From positions 28,741-92,740 of the forward strand of contig VMFP01000003.1 of assembly GCA_007376145.1 (NCBI GenBank): 64,000 nucleotides of DNA. The letters run 5' to 3'. The notes beneath the pieces were generated by a model. It made no database searches. It was not told the origin of the DNA and was given only the letters and a program-made list of their open reading frames with translations. Below are positions 26,184 through 35,881 of this stretch, piece after piece (the stretch's first letter is position 1; each line of letters starts with the position of its first letter). This DNA is from Parcubacteria group bacterium Gr01-1014_38. GTDB lineage: Bacteria > Patescibacteriota > Andersenbacteria > UBA10190 > CAIZMI01. Position numbers and translations under genes: made by a program.

Positions 26184-28067
26184 ATGGAGCGTGCACCGAC
26201 GGACCGCATCAAGGAACGCATTGACATCGTCGCGCTCATCGGGGAAAGCCTGCCGCTGAAGCGCGCCGGGTCCAATTTCAAAGCGCGGTGTCCCTTCCAC
26301 GAGGAGGACACGCCGAGTTTCATGGTGAGCCCGACGCGCCAGATGTTCCATTGCTTCGGCTGCGGGGAATCCGGCGATGTTTTCAGCTGGCTGATGAAGC
26401 GGGAAGGGATGACGTTCCCCGAAGCCCTCCGGGTTCTCGCACAGAAAGCAGGCGTCCCGCTAACCTTTGAGCGGCCGGAACACCGTGAGGAGAAGGAGCG
26501 GCTCCGCGAAACGCTCGATCTCGCCGTGACCTTTTATCAGCGTATTCTGCTCAACACGGCCGACGGCCGTGCGGCTCGCGCCTATCTTGAAGAGCGCGGG
26601 CTGACCCCGGCAACCATCCAGGACTGGCGGCTGGGATACTGTCCACCGTCGGCCACACCCATTACCCTCAAAGCCGGGGAGCGTGGTATCGCGGAGCAGG
26701 ATTTGCTTCGCGCCGGTATCCTTCACCAGGGGCAGTCCCGCCTGCCTGGCGGGCAGTCGCGGACCTTCGAGTTTTTTCACGGGCGGATTCTCTTCCCGCT
26801 CACCGATGCGCATGGATCGGTGGTCGGCCTGGCGGGGCGTGTGTTCGAGAGCGGTGATGCGTCCGCCTTCGCCAAGGCTACGGCGGACAGGCCGAAATAC
26901 ATCAACTCACCGGAAACCGCTCTCTACACTAAAAGTCGCATCCTCTACGGTCTCGACCGTGCCAAGGACGCCGTTCGAAAAGAGAATCTCGCGGTCCTCG
27001 TTGAAGGGTACACCGATGTCATCCTCTCGCACCAGGTTGGTATCACGAACGTTGTCGCGACATCCGGCACGGCTCTCACGGAGAATCACTTGCAGCTCCT
27101 CCGCCGTTTCACCGACCGCCTCGCACTCGCCTTCGATGCCGATGCGGGAGGTGATGCAGCCACGCGTAGGGCGGTCGATCTCGCTCTTGCTGCCGGATTC
27201 CTTATTTCGGTTGTGGTGCTGCCAAATGACCGGGATCCGGCAGATCTCGCCGCAGAGAATCCCCACGGATGGCGGGAAGCCGTGCGGCAGCGCGAGGACA
27301 TGTTTTCGTTTTTCCTCCAACGGGCGCAAAAGACCTACGGGACAAATTCTCCCGAGGGGAAGAAAGCTGTTGCCGCCGATCTGTTGCCCTTGATCGCCCG
27401 TGTGAATGACCAGGTCGTTGCCGGAGAGTACGCCCAGCAACTTGCCTCGGTCCTCCGCATTGACCCCCGGTTCATCTACGAGGATTTGAAGCGCTTCTCT
27501 GCTCCATCCGGACGTCCAAGCGTTCCGGCAGCTGCCGCTTCTCTCCGTTCCGCCCTGGATCCCCACGTGGAGCGAGAAGAGCGATTCCTTGTGCTCCTCC
27601 TCGCCGATCCCGAGCTCATCCCCAAGGCAGCCGAAATCCTCCCCGACGCCGCTCTGGAGACGCCTCACGCCCGGACCTTGTACACGGCCTTGAAGGGGTG
27701 GTATACTCCTAAGCGTGCTCAACATGGAGGTCCGAAGGACGCTCCGAGTGCCCGAGCTCACCGTGGCGATGAACACACGCCCCCTGGCCCACTTGCTCGA
27801 CTCCGAGACATCCTCCCCGACGACCTCCGGCGTTCGCTCGATATTCTCGCGTTTACGGTGGAGGTGGAGCGCGAGCGCGAGGAATGGGATCCCCCGCGGG
27901 AAGCTCTCATCTTGGTTCGAGAACTCCTCCTGGCCAGCCTCCGGCGCAACCTCCGGCTGCGGACTGAACAGCTCCGTGCTGCTCCCGCCGCAGAGCGGGG
28001 GACACTCCTGCGCGAGATTGCCGCGGTCACGGCAGACCTCGCCAGGGCCGAACGCGTTGAGTGGTAG
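26184..28067 (+). CDS. dnaG: DNA primase
   Basis: Zn-binding 'CPFHEEDTPSF...CFGCG', TOPRIM 'VEGYTDV', and the 'FDADAGG' motif. Confidence 0.9.
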   Translation: MERAPTDRIKERIDIVALIGESLPLKRAGSNFKARCPFHEEDTPSFMVSPTRQMFHCFGCGESGDVFSWLMKREGMTFPEALRVLAQKAGVPLTFERPEHREEKERLRETLDLAVTFYQRILLNTADGRAARAYLEERGLTPATIQDWRLGYCPPSATPITLKAGERGIAEQDLLRAGILHQGQSRLPGGQSRTFEFFHGRILFPLTDAHGSVVGLAGRVFESGDASAFAKATADRPKYINSPETALYTKSRILYGLDRAKDAVRKENLAVLVEGYTDVILSHQVGITNVVATSGTALTENHLQLLRRFTDRLALAFDADAGGDAATRRAVDLALAAGFLISVVVLPNDRDPADLAAENPHGWREAVRQREDMFSFFLQRAQKTYGTNSPEGKKAVAADLLPLIARVNDQVVAGEYAQQLASVLRIDPRFIYEDLKRFSAPSGRPSVPAAAASLRSALDPHVEREERFLVLLLADPELIPKAAEILPDAALETPHARTLYTALKGWYTPKRAQHGGPKDAPSARAHRGDEHTPPGPLARLRDILPDDLRRSLDILAFTVEVEREREEWDPPREALILVRELLLASLRRNLRLRTEQLRAAPAAERGTLLREIAAVTADLARAERVEW

Positions 28068-28076
28068 TTCGTAACA

Positions 28077-29285
28077 TTGAGATTTCCCGTGGCGACGAAG
28101 AAACGCGTCCACATCGCGAAAAAAACTTCTCCCCGACGGGCGCCGAAGAAGCTCCGCACCCCTGAGGAAATTCTTGCCTCTGCCCCCATTCGTGACCTTC
28201 TTCAGAAGGGTCAATACGCGGGATTCGTGACCGAAGACGAAATTCTGCGGGCGATTCCTGACGTGGAGGAGGACCTGATGGCGCTCGAAACCGTCTACGA
28301 TGCGCTGGCGAAGCGCGGCGTTCGCGTGGAGGAACCAGCGATGTCTCTCATCGAGTATGAACCACCGCAGAGTCCCGAGCGCGAGAAAAAAGTAGAGCGC
28401 CCGACCAAGGCGAAGGGTAAAGGCAGCTGGGCAGAGAACATCATTGATATCAGCAACATTTCGAATGATTCCGTCCAGATGTACCTCCGCGAGATTGGGA
28501 AGGTCCCGCTCTTAAAATCAGAAGAAGAAGTCGAGCTCGCGAAGCGTATTGAGCAGGGTGACCAAGAGGCCCGGAAGCGCCTGGCCGAAGCGAATCTCCG
28601 GCTCGTCGTAAGCATCGCGAAAAGGTACACCGGGCGGAAAAATCTCTCCCTCCTCGATCTTATTCAGGAAGGGAACCTCGGGCTCTTTCGTGCCGTAGAA
28701 AAGTTCGACTACCGCAAAGGCTACAAGTTCTCCACGTATGGCACGTGGTGGATTCGCCAGGCCATCACCCGCGCGCTCGCCGATCAATCTCGGACCATCC
28801 GCATCCCGGTCCACATGGTCGAAACGATCAACAAGTTCACGCAGGTCCAGCGTCGGCTCCTGCAGGACCTCGGTCGTGATCCGCTCCCTGAAGAAATTGC
28901 GATGGAAATGGGGCTACCGACCGAAAAGGTCCAGCACATCATGAAGATTTCTCAAGAGACCGTCTCCATTGACCAGACCGTCGGCGACGAAGACGAAGAC
29001 AGCACCCTCGGCGACTTCATTGAGGACGAAGAAGCGACACCGCCAGACGAGGCTGCCTCGCGCCAACTTCTTGCTGAGCATGTGCGCGATGTCTTAAAAG
29101 ACCTCTCCCCCCGCGAGCAGAAAATTCTCGAAATGCGCTTCGGGTTAAAAGACAGCATTCACCACACTCTCGAGGAAGTCGGGAAGGAATTTGACGTAAC
29201 CCGCGAGCGCATCCGGCAAATCGAAGCGAAAGCCCTCGAAAAAATCCGGAATCACCAAGCCCTCCGGAAGCTCAAAGATTACTAA
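28077..29285 (+). CDS. rpoD: RNA polymerase sigma-70 factor
   Basis: Regions 1.2-4 are present: 'YLREIG', '[10 protein letters not shown]', '[13 protein letters not shown]', '[20 protein letters not shown]'. It sits immediately downstream of dnaG. The exact start is uncertain (TTG at 28077 or GTG at 28089). Confidence 0.9.
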   Translation: MRFPVATKKRVHIAKKTSPRRAPKKLRTPEEILASAPIRDLLQKGQYAGFVTEDEILRAIPDVEEDLMALETVYDALAKRGVRVEEPAMSLIEYEPPQSPEREKKVERPTKAKGKGSWAENIIDISNISNDSVQMYLREIGKVPLLKSEEEVELAKRIEQGDQEARKRLAEANLRLVVSIAKRYTGRKNLSLLDLIQEGNLGLFRAVEKFDYRKGYKFSTYGTWWIRQAITRALADQSRTIRIPVHMVETINKFTQVQRRLLQDLGRDPLPEEIAMEMGLPTEKVQHIMKISQETVSIDQTVGDEDEDSTLGDFIEDEEATPPDEAASRQLLAEHVRDVLKDLSPREQKILEMRFGLKDSIHHTLEEVGKEFDVTRERIRQIEAKALEKIRNHQALRKLKDY

Positions 29286-29295
29286 TCCCGCGCGC

Positions 29296-30447
29296 ATGGC
29301 CGCCGAGACCAGAGTGATCCCCTTCCTGCCACTGGTGCTACTCGGCGGTGTCCTTACGCTCCTGGGCGGCGGATGCGTGCGAACTTCGGTGCCCACTCCG
29401 CCCGCCGAGGCGCCGGTCGCGGGGAGCGCGCCGGTAGCCGTGCGCGAGGATGCCCCGTCGTCTCCTCGCGTGCCGTCGGCAGTGAAGGACATCACCCTGG
29501 GGGCGCTTCCGAACGCCGCGCCAGCCTTCGGGGCGTCTCTCTCGGTTCCCGCGTCCTGGGAAGCGGAAGTGGTCCCCGAGATCGAAGCGATCAACCTGTA
29601 CGATCCCGCTGCTCCCGGCGGGAGTCCGCGAGAACAATCGCAAATCTTCATTCGGCACTTCCGCGGGGACGATTTTCTCACGCTCGCCACGGTGACGATT
29701 CACGCGCGAACGCCGGGGACGGTTGCCGGGCGCACCTCAGTGGCGTATGTCATCGAAAAGAAGCCCGGAGTGCCGGCATTCCCGCACCAGCCGGCATGGC
29801 GGAACGCGCGGCACCGGGTGACGGACATTCGCCTGCGGGACGCGCGCCCCTCGGAATTTCTCGTGTTTGGTAAGAACCCTGCTCTGCCAGATGCCGTCTT
29901 TGACGACATCCTCTCCTCGCTCCGGCTTGTGCCGGAGAAGACCTCCGCCCTCGTGCTCCCCACGAGGGACTTTTTTGCTGCGGTGACCAAAAAGCCCTTC
30001 GGCATCTTCGTCACGCCGGAGACCTCGCCGGTCCAGCCCGAACGCTTTCGGGGGTACCACACGGCGGCGGACGCGGAGCTTCCGGCGAACACGCCCGTTG
30101 TTGCCATCGCGGACGGGACCGTCACGCGCAGCGGGATTGTTTCCGGGTATGGCGGCCTGGTCGCGGTTCTCCACGAGGTGGATGCCGAACGGCTCGTCGG
30201 CATCTATGGGCATCTCGACCCCGGAACGCTCCCGCCGCGCGGGACGCGGGTTCGCGCCGGCCAACGGGTCGGTGTTCTCGGGGAAGGATTCACGCGCGAG
30301 ACCGATGGCGAGCGTCCGCATCTCCACTTCGGGCTGTACCGCGGGCCTGATGCGAATGTTGCCGGGTACGTCTCGCGGGAAGAACGTCTTTCGGCGTGGC
30401 ACGACCCCGTTGCGTTCTTGCGAGAGCAGGGAGCCGTCGAACCGTAA
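29296..30447 (+). CDS. M23-family metallopeptidase lipoprotein
   Basis: Lipoprotein-like 'LTLLGGGC' signal. The C-terminus carries 'HTAAD' (HxxxD) and 'HLHFGLY' (HxH) M23 motifs. Confidence 0.7.
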   Translation: MAAETRVIPFLPLVLLGGVLTLLGGGCVRTSVPTPPAEAPVAGSAPVAVREDAPSSPRVPSAVKDITLGALPNAAPAFGASLSVPASWEAEVVPEIEAINLYDPAAPGGSPREQSQIFIRHFRGDDFLTLATVTIHARTPGTVAGRTSVAYVIEKKPGVPAFPHQPAWRNARHRVTDIRLRDARPSEFLVFGKNPALPDAVFDDILSSLRLVPEKTSALVLPTRDFFAAVTKKPFGIFVTPETSPVQPERFRGYHTAADAELPANTPVVAIADGTVTRSGIVSGYGGLVAVLHEVDAERLVGIYGHLDPGTLPPRGTRVRAGQRVGVLGEGFTRETDGERPHLHFGLYRGPDANVAGYVSREERLSAWHDPVAFLREQGAVEP

Positions 30448-30474
30448 CGGTTCCGACAGCATTCGTCGTCGCCG

Positions 30475-30503
30475 TTGTCAGGGTAGAGCAATGGCGGTAT
30501 TCT
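30475..30503 (+). promoter_or_regulatory. Sigma70-like promoter upstream of tRNA-Asn
   Basis: -35 TTGTCA (30475-30480), 17-nt spacer, -10 TATTCT (30498-30503). Confidence 0.4.
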
Positions 30504-30558
30504 GTTTGCGCTGCGGCGAGCGCCCTCCGGGGCGAACTGGACGGTCGCCGCGGCTGAT

Positions 30559-30633
30559 TCCCCGGTAGCTCAACGGCAGAGCGGCGCCCTGTTAAGGCGA
30601 AGGTTGCAGGTTCGAGCCCTGCCCGGGGAGCCA
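30559..30633 (+). tRNA. tRNA-Asn (anticodon GTT)
   Basis: Cloverleaf folded by hand: 7-bp acceptor (TCCCCGG/CCGGGGA), D-arm GCTC/GAGC, anticodon loop CTGTTAA, T-arm GCAGG-TTCGAGC-CCTGC, discriminator G, and an encoded CCA. Confidence 0.8.
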
Positions 30634-30828
30634 GTCCGAACGCTCATGCGCCCTGACGATGGCATCGAAGGGATTTTTGAGCGTGAAATGGAGCTTTTTG
30701 CTCCGTAAAGTGAGGCATATTCATCCTGTGTAATCCTCCGGCGGAAACCTGCGGATGCCACCGTTCGACCCCGAGCTCACGGTCGAGGGGCGGGCGTCAG
30801 TCCGTGGGGCTCCTTTAGTCACGGCGCG

Positions 30829-30857
30829 TTGTCAATACACGGCGTGCCATGTACGGT
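30829..30857 (+). promoter_or_regulatory. Candidate promoter for ATP-grasp gene
   Basis: -35 TTGTCA, 17-nt spacer, weak -10 TACGGT. RBS GGAG is 4 nt before the ATG at 30875. Confidence 0.3.
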
Positions 30858-30874
30858 ACTCACAGGTTGGAGCA

Positions 30875-32155
30875 ATGAAGAAAAAATTTCTCTTCGTCGG
30901 ATGGGAAAGTCTCAGCGGTAACCTCGCCTGGCAGCTGACAAAAGAAGGTCACGACGTCAAAATGTATTTCAAGAGTCCGGAGGACCGCGACGTCTACGAT
31001 GGCTTCGTCGAAAAAGTGGACGACTGGAAACAGCACGCAGACTGGGCGGACGTCATGGTGTTTGACGACGTCGGATTCGGCTCGCACACGGACAGCCTTC
31101 GAAAAGCAGGAAAACTCGTGGTCGGTGGAAGCACGTACGCCGACAAGCTGGAGGAGGACCGCGAATTCGGCCAAGCCGAGATGAAGCGGGTGGGCATGCT
31201 CACCCTCCCGCACTGGGACTTCGACAGCTTCGACGCCGCGATTGAATTTCTCCGCGCGAATCCGGGACGGTACGTCTGGAAACCGTCGGGAAACACGGCA
31301 TCGGATGCGAAGGGCCTCCTCTTCCTCGGCGCAGAAGAAGACGGAAAGGATATCATTGAAGTGCTCGAGCACAACAAGGGCGCTTGGGGGAAGAAGATCA
31401 AGCGCTTCCAGCTTCAGAAATATGCGGCCGGCGTCGAGGTGGCCGTGGGGGCCTTCTTCAACGGCGATGATTTCATCTATCCGATCAACGTGAACTTTGA
31501 ACACAAAAAACTCTTCCCCGGAGACATCGGTCCATATACGGGAGAAATGGGCACGCTCATGTACTGGTGTCCGCCGAACACCATATTCAACCTCACGCTG
31601 GCAAAAATGAAGGAGGATCTAAAGAAGAGCGGGTACGTCGGCTACGTGGACGTGAACTGCATCGCCAACGCGCGCGGCGTGTACCCGCTGGAATTCACCT
31701 GCCGCTTCGGGTATCCCACGATTGAAGTACAAATCGAGGGTGTCCAAAGCCCCTGGGGAGAGTTCCTCGTCGCGCTCGCGAACAAGCAGTCGTACGAGCT
31801 CAAGGTGAAGAAAGGATTTCAAATTGGTGTGGTCGTTGCGGTCCCGCCGTTTCCGTATGACGACAAAACGGAATTCGAGATCTACCGCGATCTCTCCATC
31901 CTGTTCCGAAAGCAAACCCTTGAAGGGGTCCACCTCGGGGACGTGAAATTGGTTGATGGAGACTGGCGGATCGCGGGCGAAAGCGGGTATGCGCTTGTCG
32001 TCACGGGGTCGGCCGTCACCGTGCAGGAGGCACGCCAGCAGGTGCAGAACCGTTTGAACAACATCTTGCTCCAGAATATGTTCTACCGGACGGATATCGG
32101 CGAGCGGTGGAACCAGGACAGCGACAAGCTGCAGATGTGGGGATACCTCTACTAA
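30875..32155 (+). CDS. PurD-family ATP-grasp protein (phosphoribosylamine--glycine ligase-like)
   Basis: 'FPGDIGPYTGEMGT' and 'LEFTCRFGYPT' match PurD signatures 'DGDTGPNTGGMGA' and 'LEFNCRFGDPE'. The N-terminus is divergent. The start is taken at ATG 30875 (with RBS) rather than the upstream in-frame extension. Confidence 0.6.
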   Translation: MKKKFLFVGWESLSGNLAWQLTKEGHDVKMYFKSPEDRDVYDGFVEKVDDWKQHADWADVMVFDDVGFGSHTDSLRKAGKLVVGGSTYADKLEEDREFGQAEMKRVGMLTLPHWDFDSFDAAIEFLRANPGRYVWKPSGNTASDAKGLLFLGAEEDGKDIIEVLEHNKGAWGKKIKRFQLQKYAAGVEVAVGAFFNGDDFIYPINVNFEHKKLFPGDIGPYTGEMGTLMYWCPPNTIFNLTLAKMKEDLKKSGYVGYVDVNCIANARGVYPLEFTCRFGYPTIEVQIEGVQSPWGEFLVALANKQSYELKVKKGFQIGVVVAVPPFPYDDKTEFEIYRDLSILFRKQTLEGVHLGDVKLVDGDWRIAGESGYALVVTGSAVTVQEARQQVQNRLNNILLQNMFYRTDIGERWNQDSDKLQMWGYLY

Positions 32156-32458
32156 AGTCTGGAAGTGAGGAACCCCGAGCGGGAGCTGGCACCCCCAGCG
32201 CGTGGATTAACCTGCGCTGGGGCCCCCGCCGCTCTTCTTCCATGCATCTCCTTCCTGGCGTCAGTACAGCCACCGCCGGATCCACACGGCGCTCCGGATG
32301 CCACCCGCGCGATTCGCCGAGCGCTATCACGCCTCACGGCTCTTGACGGAGACGTCCGAAGAAAGGGGTACTTGACCATCCGTTGTTCTATGCAGTGGGT
32401 ACGCTGACATCAGAGAATTGAAGGGATCGCGATCCTTGCGACCGCCGTCTATTTCTAC

Positions 32459-32753
32459 ATGGCAGCGGAGTATCGCCTGTTGTGGTTCATTCTTCTGCTG
32501 TTCACTATTGATGTGTCCATGCTTGGGTATTTGGTGAACAAGAAAGTCGGCGCTCACGTCTATAACATTGGGCATAGCTTACTGTTCCCGCTTTTCCTGC
32601 TGCTGGGGGGATTTACCAGTCACGGAGATCTGGAGTACAGCCTTTGCCTGGATCTGGATTGCTCACATCGGGATGGACAGAATGCTTGGGTACGGTCTGA
32701 AGTACGAGACCGGGTTTACGGATACGCACCTTGGCCGGATTGGAAAGAGATGA
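32459..32753 (+). pseudogene. DUF4260-family membrane protein, frameshifted
   Basis: Frame 1 (32459-) encodes the N-terminal part ('LLFTIDVSMLGYLVNKKVGAHVYNIGH'). A different frame (to 32753) encodes the conserved C-terminal 'IWIAHIGMDRMLGYGLKYETGFTDTHLG'. The frameshift lies near 32620. Confidence 0.45.
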
Positions 32754-32891
32754 CTCTCTTGACAAGGGATTCTTTCTGGTCTATGATCGAGTTCATTCAT
32801 TTCATTTCCGCGCAAAGGACGCGGCAGAACGGACTCGACCTTGCGGCATAGGAACGCGTGACCGAACGTAAGGACTGGGGTCACAGCACCT

Positions 32892-34193
32892 ATGGCACAT
32901 GCGCATCCGTCGGGGGACACACAATTTTCCGAGTTAGGACTCGCCCCAGCATTGCTGGCCGTGATCGATCGACTGGAGTTTACCGTGCCGACGCCCATCC
33001 AAACGAAAGCCATCCCGATCGCCGTGACGGGAAAAGACATCATCGGGATTGCGCAAACCGGCACGGGGAAAACTCTCGCGTTTGTACTCCCGCTGCTCCA
33101 GCAAGCGTCCCGAACGAAAAAGCGGGGACTCGTCATCCTGCCGACCCGCGAACTTGCGCTGCAGGTCGATGAGACATTCCGGAAGGTCGGCCACTCGTTT
33201 GGCCTTCGGACCGCACTCGTGATCGGCGGAGACTCCATGTCACGGCAGCGTGAAGCGCTGGCTCGAAACCCCCACGTCATTATTGGCACGCCGGGGCGGA
33301 TGATTGATCACCTTCAACAGGGCACGTTGCGTCTGCACGGTGTCGGCATGCTCGTGCTCGATGAAGCGGACCGCATGCTCGATATGGGATTTGCACCGCA
33401 GATTACGCGGATTCTCCAGCATGTGCCGAAAGAACGGCAGACCATGCTGTTCTCGGCCACGATGCCGCCGGCCATTGTGACGATCGCGGCGCGGCACATG
33501 AAGATGCCGGTGCGGGTAGAAGTGGCGCGATCGGGAACGGTTGCGGAACGCGTGGAGCAGGAATTTTTTGTCGTGCCGAAACAACAGAAGAATCGGCTGC
33601 TCGACAAGCTGCTGAGCGAATATGCCGGTGCGGTGCTCGTCTTTTCCCGCACGAAACACGGAGCGAAGAAAATCGCTCGCGCGGTGCGCTCCATGGGGCA
33701 CAGCGTGGCGGAACTTCATTCGAATTTGTCGTTGCCGAAGCGCAGAAAATCTCTGGAAGGATTTAAGGGCGGCACGTATCGCGTCCTCGTGGCAACGGAT
33801 ATCGCGGCTCGCGGCATTGATGTCACGGATATTGAGCTCGTGGTGAACTACGATGTGCCAGAGGATCCGGAATGGTATGTGCACCGCGTCGGACGCACCG
33901 GTCGGGCTGGCAAGATTGGACATGCGGTTTCGTTTGTTACTCCCGACCAGCGCGGGAAACTCCGGGACATCGAGCGCTTGATTCGCGTGTCCTTGAGTGT
34001 TTCTCCGCTGCCCGAACTTCCCCCCGAGCGCGTCAGCATGCCGCAGTCGTCTCCGTTCGAACATTCGAGGTCCCAAGTTTCGCATCAGCACCCGCGTCCC
34101 CGTTCCCATGACCGTCGCCGACACCCGCCGCGTTTTCGCAGCGGCGGACATGACCATTCACGCCGTCAGAAGCACATCCACCAGGACGGATAA
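32892..34193 (+). CDS. DEAD-box ATP-dependent RNA helicase
   Basis: Q-motif 'FTVPTPIQ', 'AQTGTGKT', 'VLDEADRML', 'SAT', 'HRVGRTGRAG', and a basic C-terminal tail. Confidence 0.9.
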   Translation: MAHAHPSGDTQFSELGLAPALLAVIDRLEFTVPTPIQTKAIPIAVTGKDIIGIAQTGTGKTLAFVLPLLQQASRTKKRGLVILPTRELALQVDETFRKVGHSFGLRTALVIGGDSMSRQREALARNPHVIIGTPGRMIDHLQQGTLRLHGVGMLVLDEADRMLDMGFAPQITRILQHVPKERQTMLFSATMPPAIVTIAARHMKMPVRVEVARSGTVAERVEQEFFVVPKQQKNRLLDKLLSEYAGAVLVFSRTKHGAKKIARAVRSMGHSVAELHSNLSLPKRRKSLEGFKGGTYRVLVATDIAARGIDVTDIELVVNYDVPEDPEWYVHRVGRTGRAGKIGHAVSFVTPDQRGKLRDIERLIRVSLSVSPLPELPPERVSMPQSSPFEHSRSQVSHQHPRPRSHDRRRHPPRFRSGGHDHSRRQKHIHQDG

Positions 34194-34360
34194 TTTGCGT
34201 TCCTCTTCAGCTTCGCCTTCTTGTCTCGATGTTGATTCGAAACTTGGAGTGGCGAGCCGCCTTTTGGGAGCTCGCCGGTATGGGAACGCTTCCGCATTTC
34301 GGCTTGCGGGGAATGAGGAGAGGGCGCACAGTAAGGACGAATTCTTCATGACAAAAGCAT

Positions 34361-34756
34361 ATGAGTAAAACCATTCGGCAAATCGTCACATTCAGAGCGA
34401 CGCCCCATGCGGTCTATGACGCGCTCATGAACGCGAAAACGCACGCGAAGTTCACCGGCGGTCCGGCGAAGATCAGCCGCAAGGTGGGCGGAGCGTTTTC
34501 GGTGTTCGGCGGCTCCATTCACGGACGCAATCTCAAGCTCGTGAAGGATACAACCATCATCCAAGCGTGGCGCGTGAAGGAGTGGCCGAAGAACGTGTCG
34601 TCCCGTGCGACGTTTTCCCTTCGGAAAATGAAGAACGGAACCCGTCTGATCTTCACGCACGCTGGCGTTCCCGCGAATGCGTTGGCATCGATCCGGAAGG
34701 GCTGGAACACGTACTATTGGAAGCCGATGAAGAAGTTGCTCGGGCAGAAGGGATAG
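34361..34756 (+). CDS. SRPBCC/AHSA1-like small protein
   Basis: 131 aa. The pattern is consistent with the Activator-of-Hsp90-ATPase/polyketide-cyclase-like fold. Low-specificity call. Confidence 0.5.
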   Translation: MSKTIRQIVTFRATPHAVYDALMNAKTHAKFTGGPAKISRKVGGAFSVFGGSIHGRNLKLVKDTTIIQAWRVKEWPKNVSSRATFSLRKMKNGTRLIFTHAGVPANALASIRKGWNTYYWKPMKKLLGQKG

Positions 34757-34811
34757 TTGAGTCTCTTCCCGGAAGCCGTAGGGGCAGTCGAGGTTGCGGC
34801 GGGCGTCTATC

Positions 34812-35372
34812 TCATTCGTCCGAATTTTTGATCTCCCCTTTAAATTCTTTCATCAGCTTTTCGATTTTCGGATCAATGACGAGCTGGCAGTAGCGGTGCT
34901 CGGGATTCTTCTCGTAGAAGTTCTGGTGGTACTCCTCGGCGGGGAAGAAGTTCGTGAAAGGCACGATCTCGGTCACGATTGGCTTCTCAGAGAGGCCGGA
35001 TTTCTTGAGGCGCTCTTTTGCAGTGAGCGCGATGCGTTTCTGCTGTTCGGTGTGCGTGAAGATGGCAGAACGGTACTGTGGGCCAACATCCGGTCCCTGC
35101 CGATCCCGTTGCGTGGGATCGTGTGTCTTCCAGAACACCGCGAGGAGCTTTTCGTACGAGATGACGCTTGGATCAAACGTGATCTGAATTGCTTCCGCGT
35201 GACCCGTCGTGCCGGAGGAGACGTCTTCGTACGAAGGATCCGTCGTGCGCCCGCCCGCGTACCCTGATTTCACGGAGCGCACACCCTTCAAGCGTTCGAA
35301 GACCGCTTCGGTGCACCAGAAGCATCCGCCCGCGAACGTAGCGGTTTCAACGCTGGCGGATGGTACAGGCAT
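34812..35372 (-). CDS. msrA: Peptide methionine (S)-sulfoxide reductase
   Basis: 'ATFAGGCFWCTEAVF' active-site motif and 'GYAGG...PSYEDV'. The start is taken at MPVPSAS rather than the long upstream extension. Confidence 0.85.
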   Translation of the reverse strand: MPVPSASVETATFAGGCFWCTEAVFERLKGVRSVKSGYAGGRTTDPSYEDVSSGTTGHAEAIQITFDPSVISYEKLLAVFWKTHDPTQRDRQGPDVGPQYRSAIFTHTEQQKRIALTAKERLKKSGLSEKPIVTEIVPFTNFFPAEEYHQNFYEKNPEHRYCQLVIDPKIEKLMKEFKGEIKNSDE

Positions 35373-35466
35373 ATCGGGTCGGAAACTTCTCTTTACTCTA
35401 TTGTATCGTGTCCCTGGCACGGGTGGCCTCTGGTTCTCGGTCGGGACCTGGTATGCTCTGAAGGCC

Positions 35467-35877
35467 ATGGATGACCTCCGGGAAAAACCCGAGGAATACT
35501 GGAAGGAGAAGCTCACCCCCGAGCAGCATCACGTGGTCCGCGAAAAAGGAACCGAGCCGCCGTTCAGCGGCGCCTACCTCCACAACAAAGAGCGGGGCCT
35601 GTATACCTGCGTCGCCTGCGGGCAGGAGCTCTTTTCTTCCGCGGACAAATTCGACTCCGGGAGTGGCTGGCCGAGCTTCACGCAGCCGGCGGACAAGGTT
35701 TCGGTGGAACTCCGCGACGATCGATCGTTGGGCGAACGGCGGACCGAGGTTGTCTGCAGTCGGTGCGGTGGGCATCTCGGCCACGTGTTCGACGACGGGC
35801 CGGCGCCCACCGGCAAGCGGTACTGCGTCAATTCGCTCGCCTTGGGATTTCAGGAGAAGCCCGAGGAACGTTCCTGA
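35467..35877 (+). CDS. msrB: Peptide methionine (R)-sulfoxide reductase
   Basis: Zn-site CxxC pairs ('CVACGQ', 'CSRCGGHLGHVF') and 'RYCVNS'. It is divergent from msrA. The start is taken at MDDLREK. Confidence 0.85.
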   Translation: MDDLREKPEEYWKEKLTPEQHHVVREKGTEPPFSGAYLHNKERGLYTCVACGQELFSSADKFDSGSGWPSFTQPADKVSVELRDDRSLGERRTEVVCSRCGGHLGHVFDDGPAPTGKRYCVNSLALGFQEKPEERS

Positions 35878-35881
35878 TTGC

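Noticed and set aside
26907-28214. 435-aa minus-strand ORF antisense to dnaG
   Set aside because: dnaG on the plus strand has unmistakable primase motifs. The antisense ORF has no features.
33240-34157. 305-aa minus-strand ORF antisense to the DEAD-box helicase gene
   Set aside because: Same reasoning: it overlaps a confidently identified gene.
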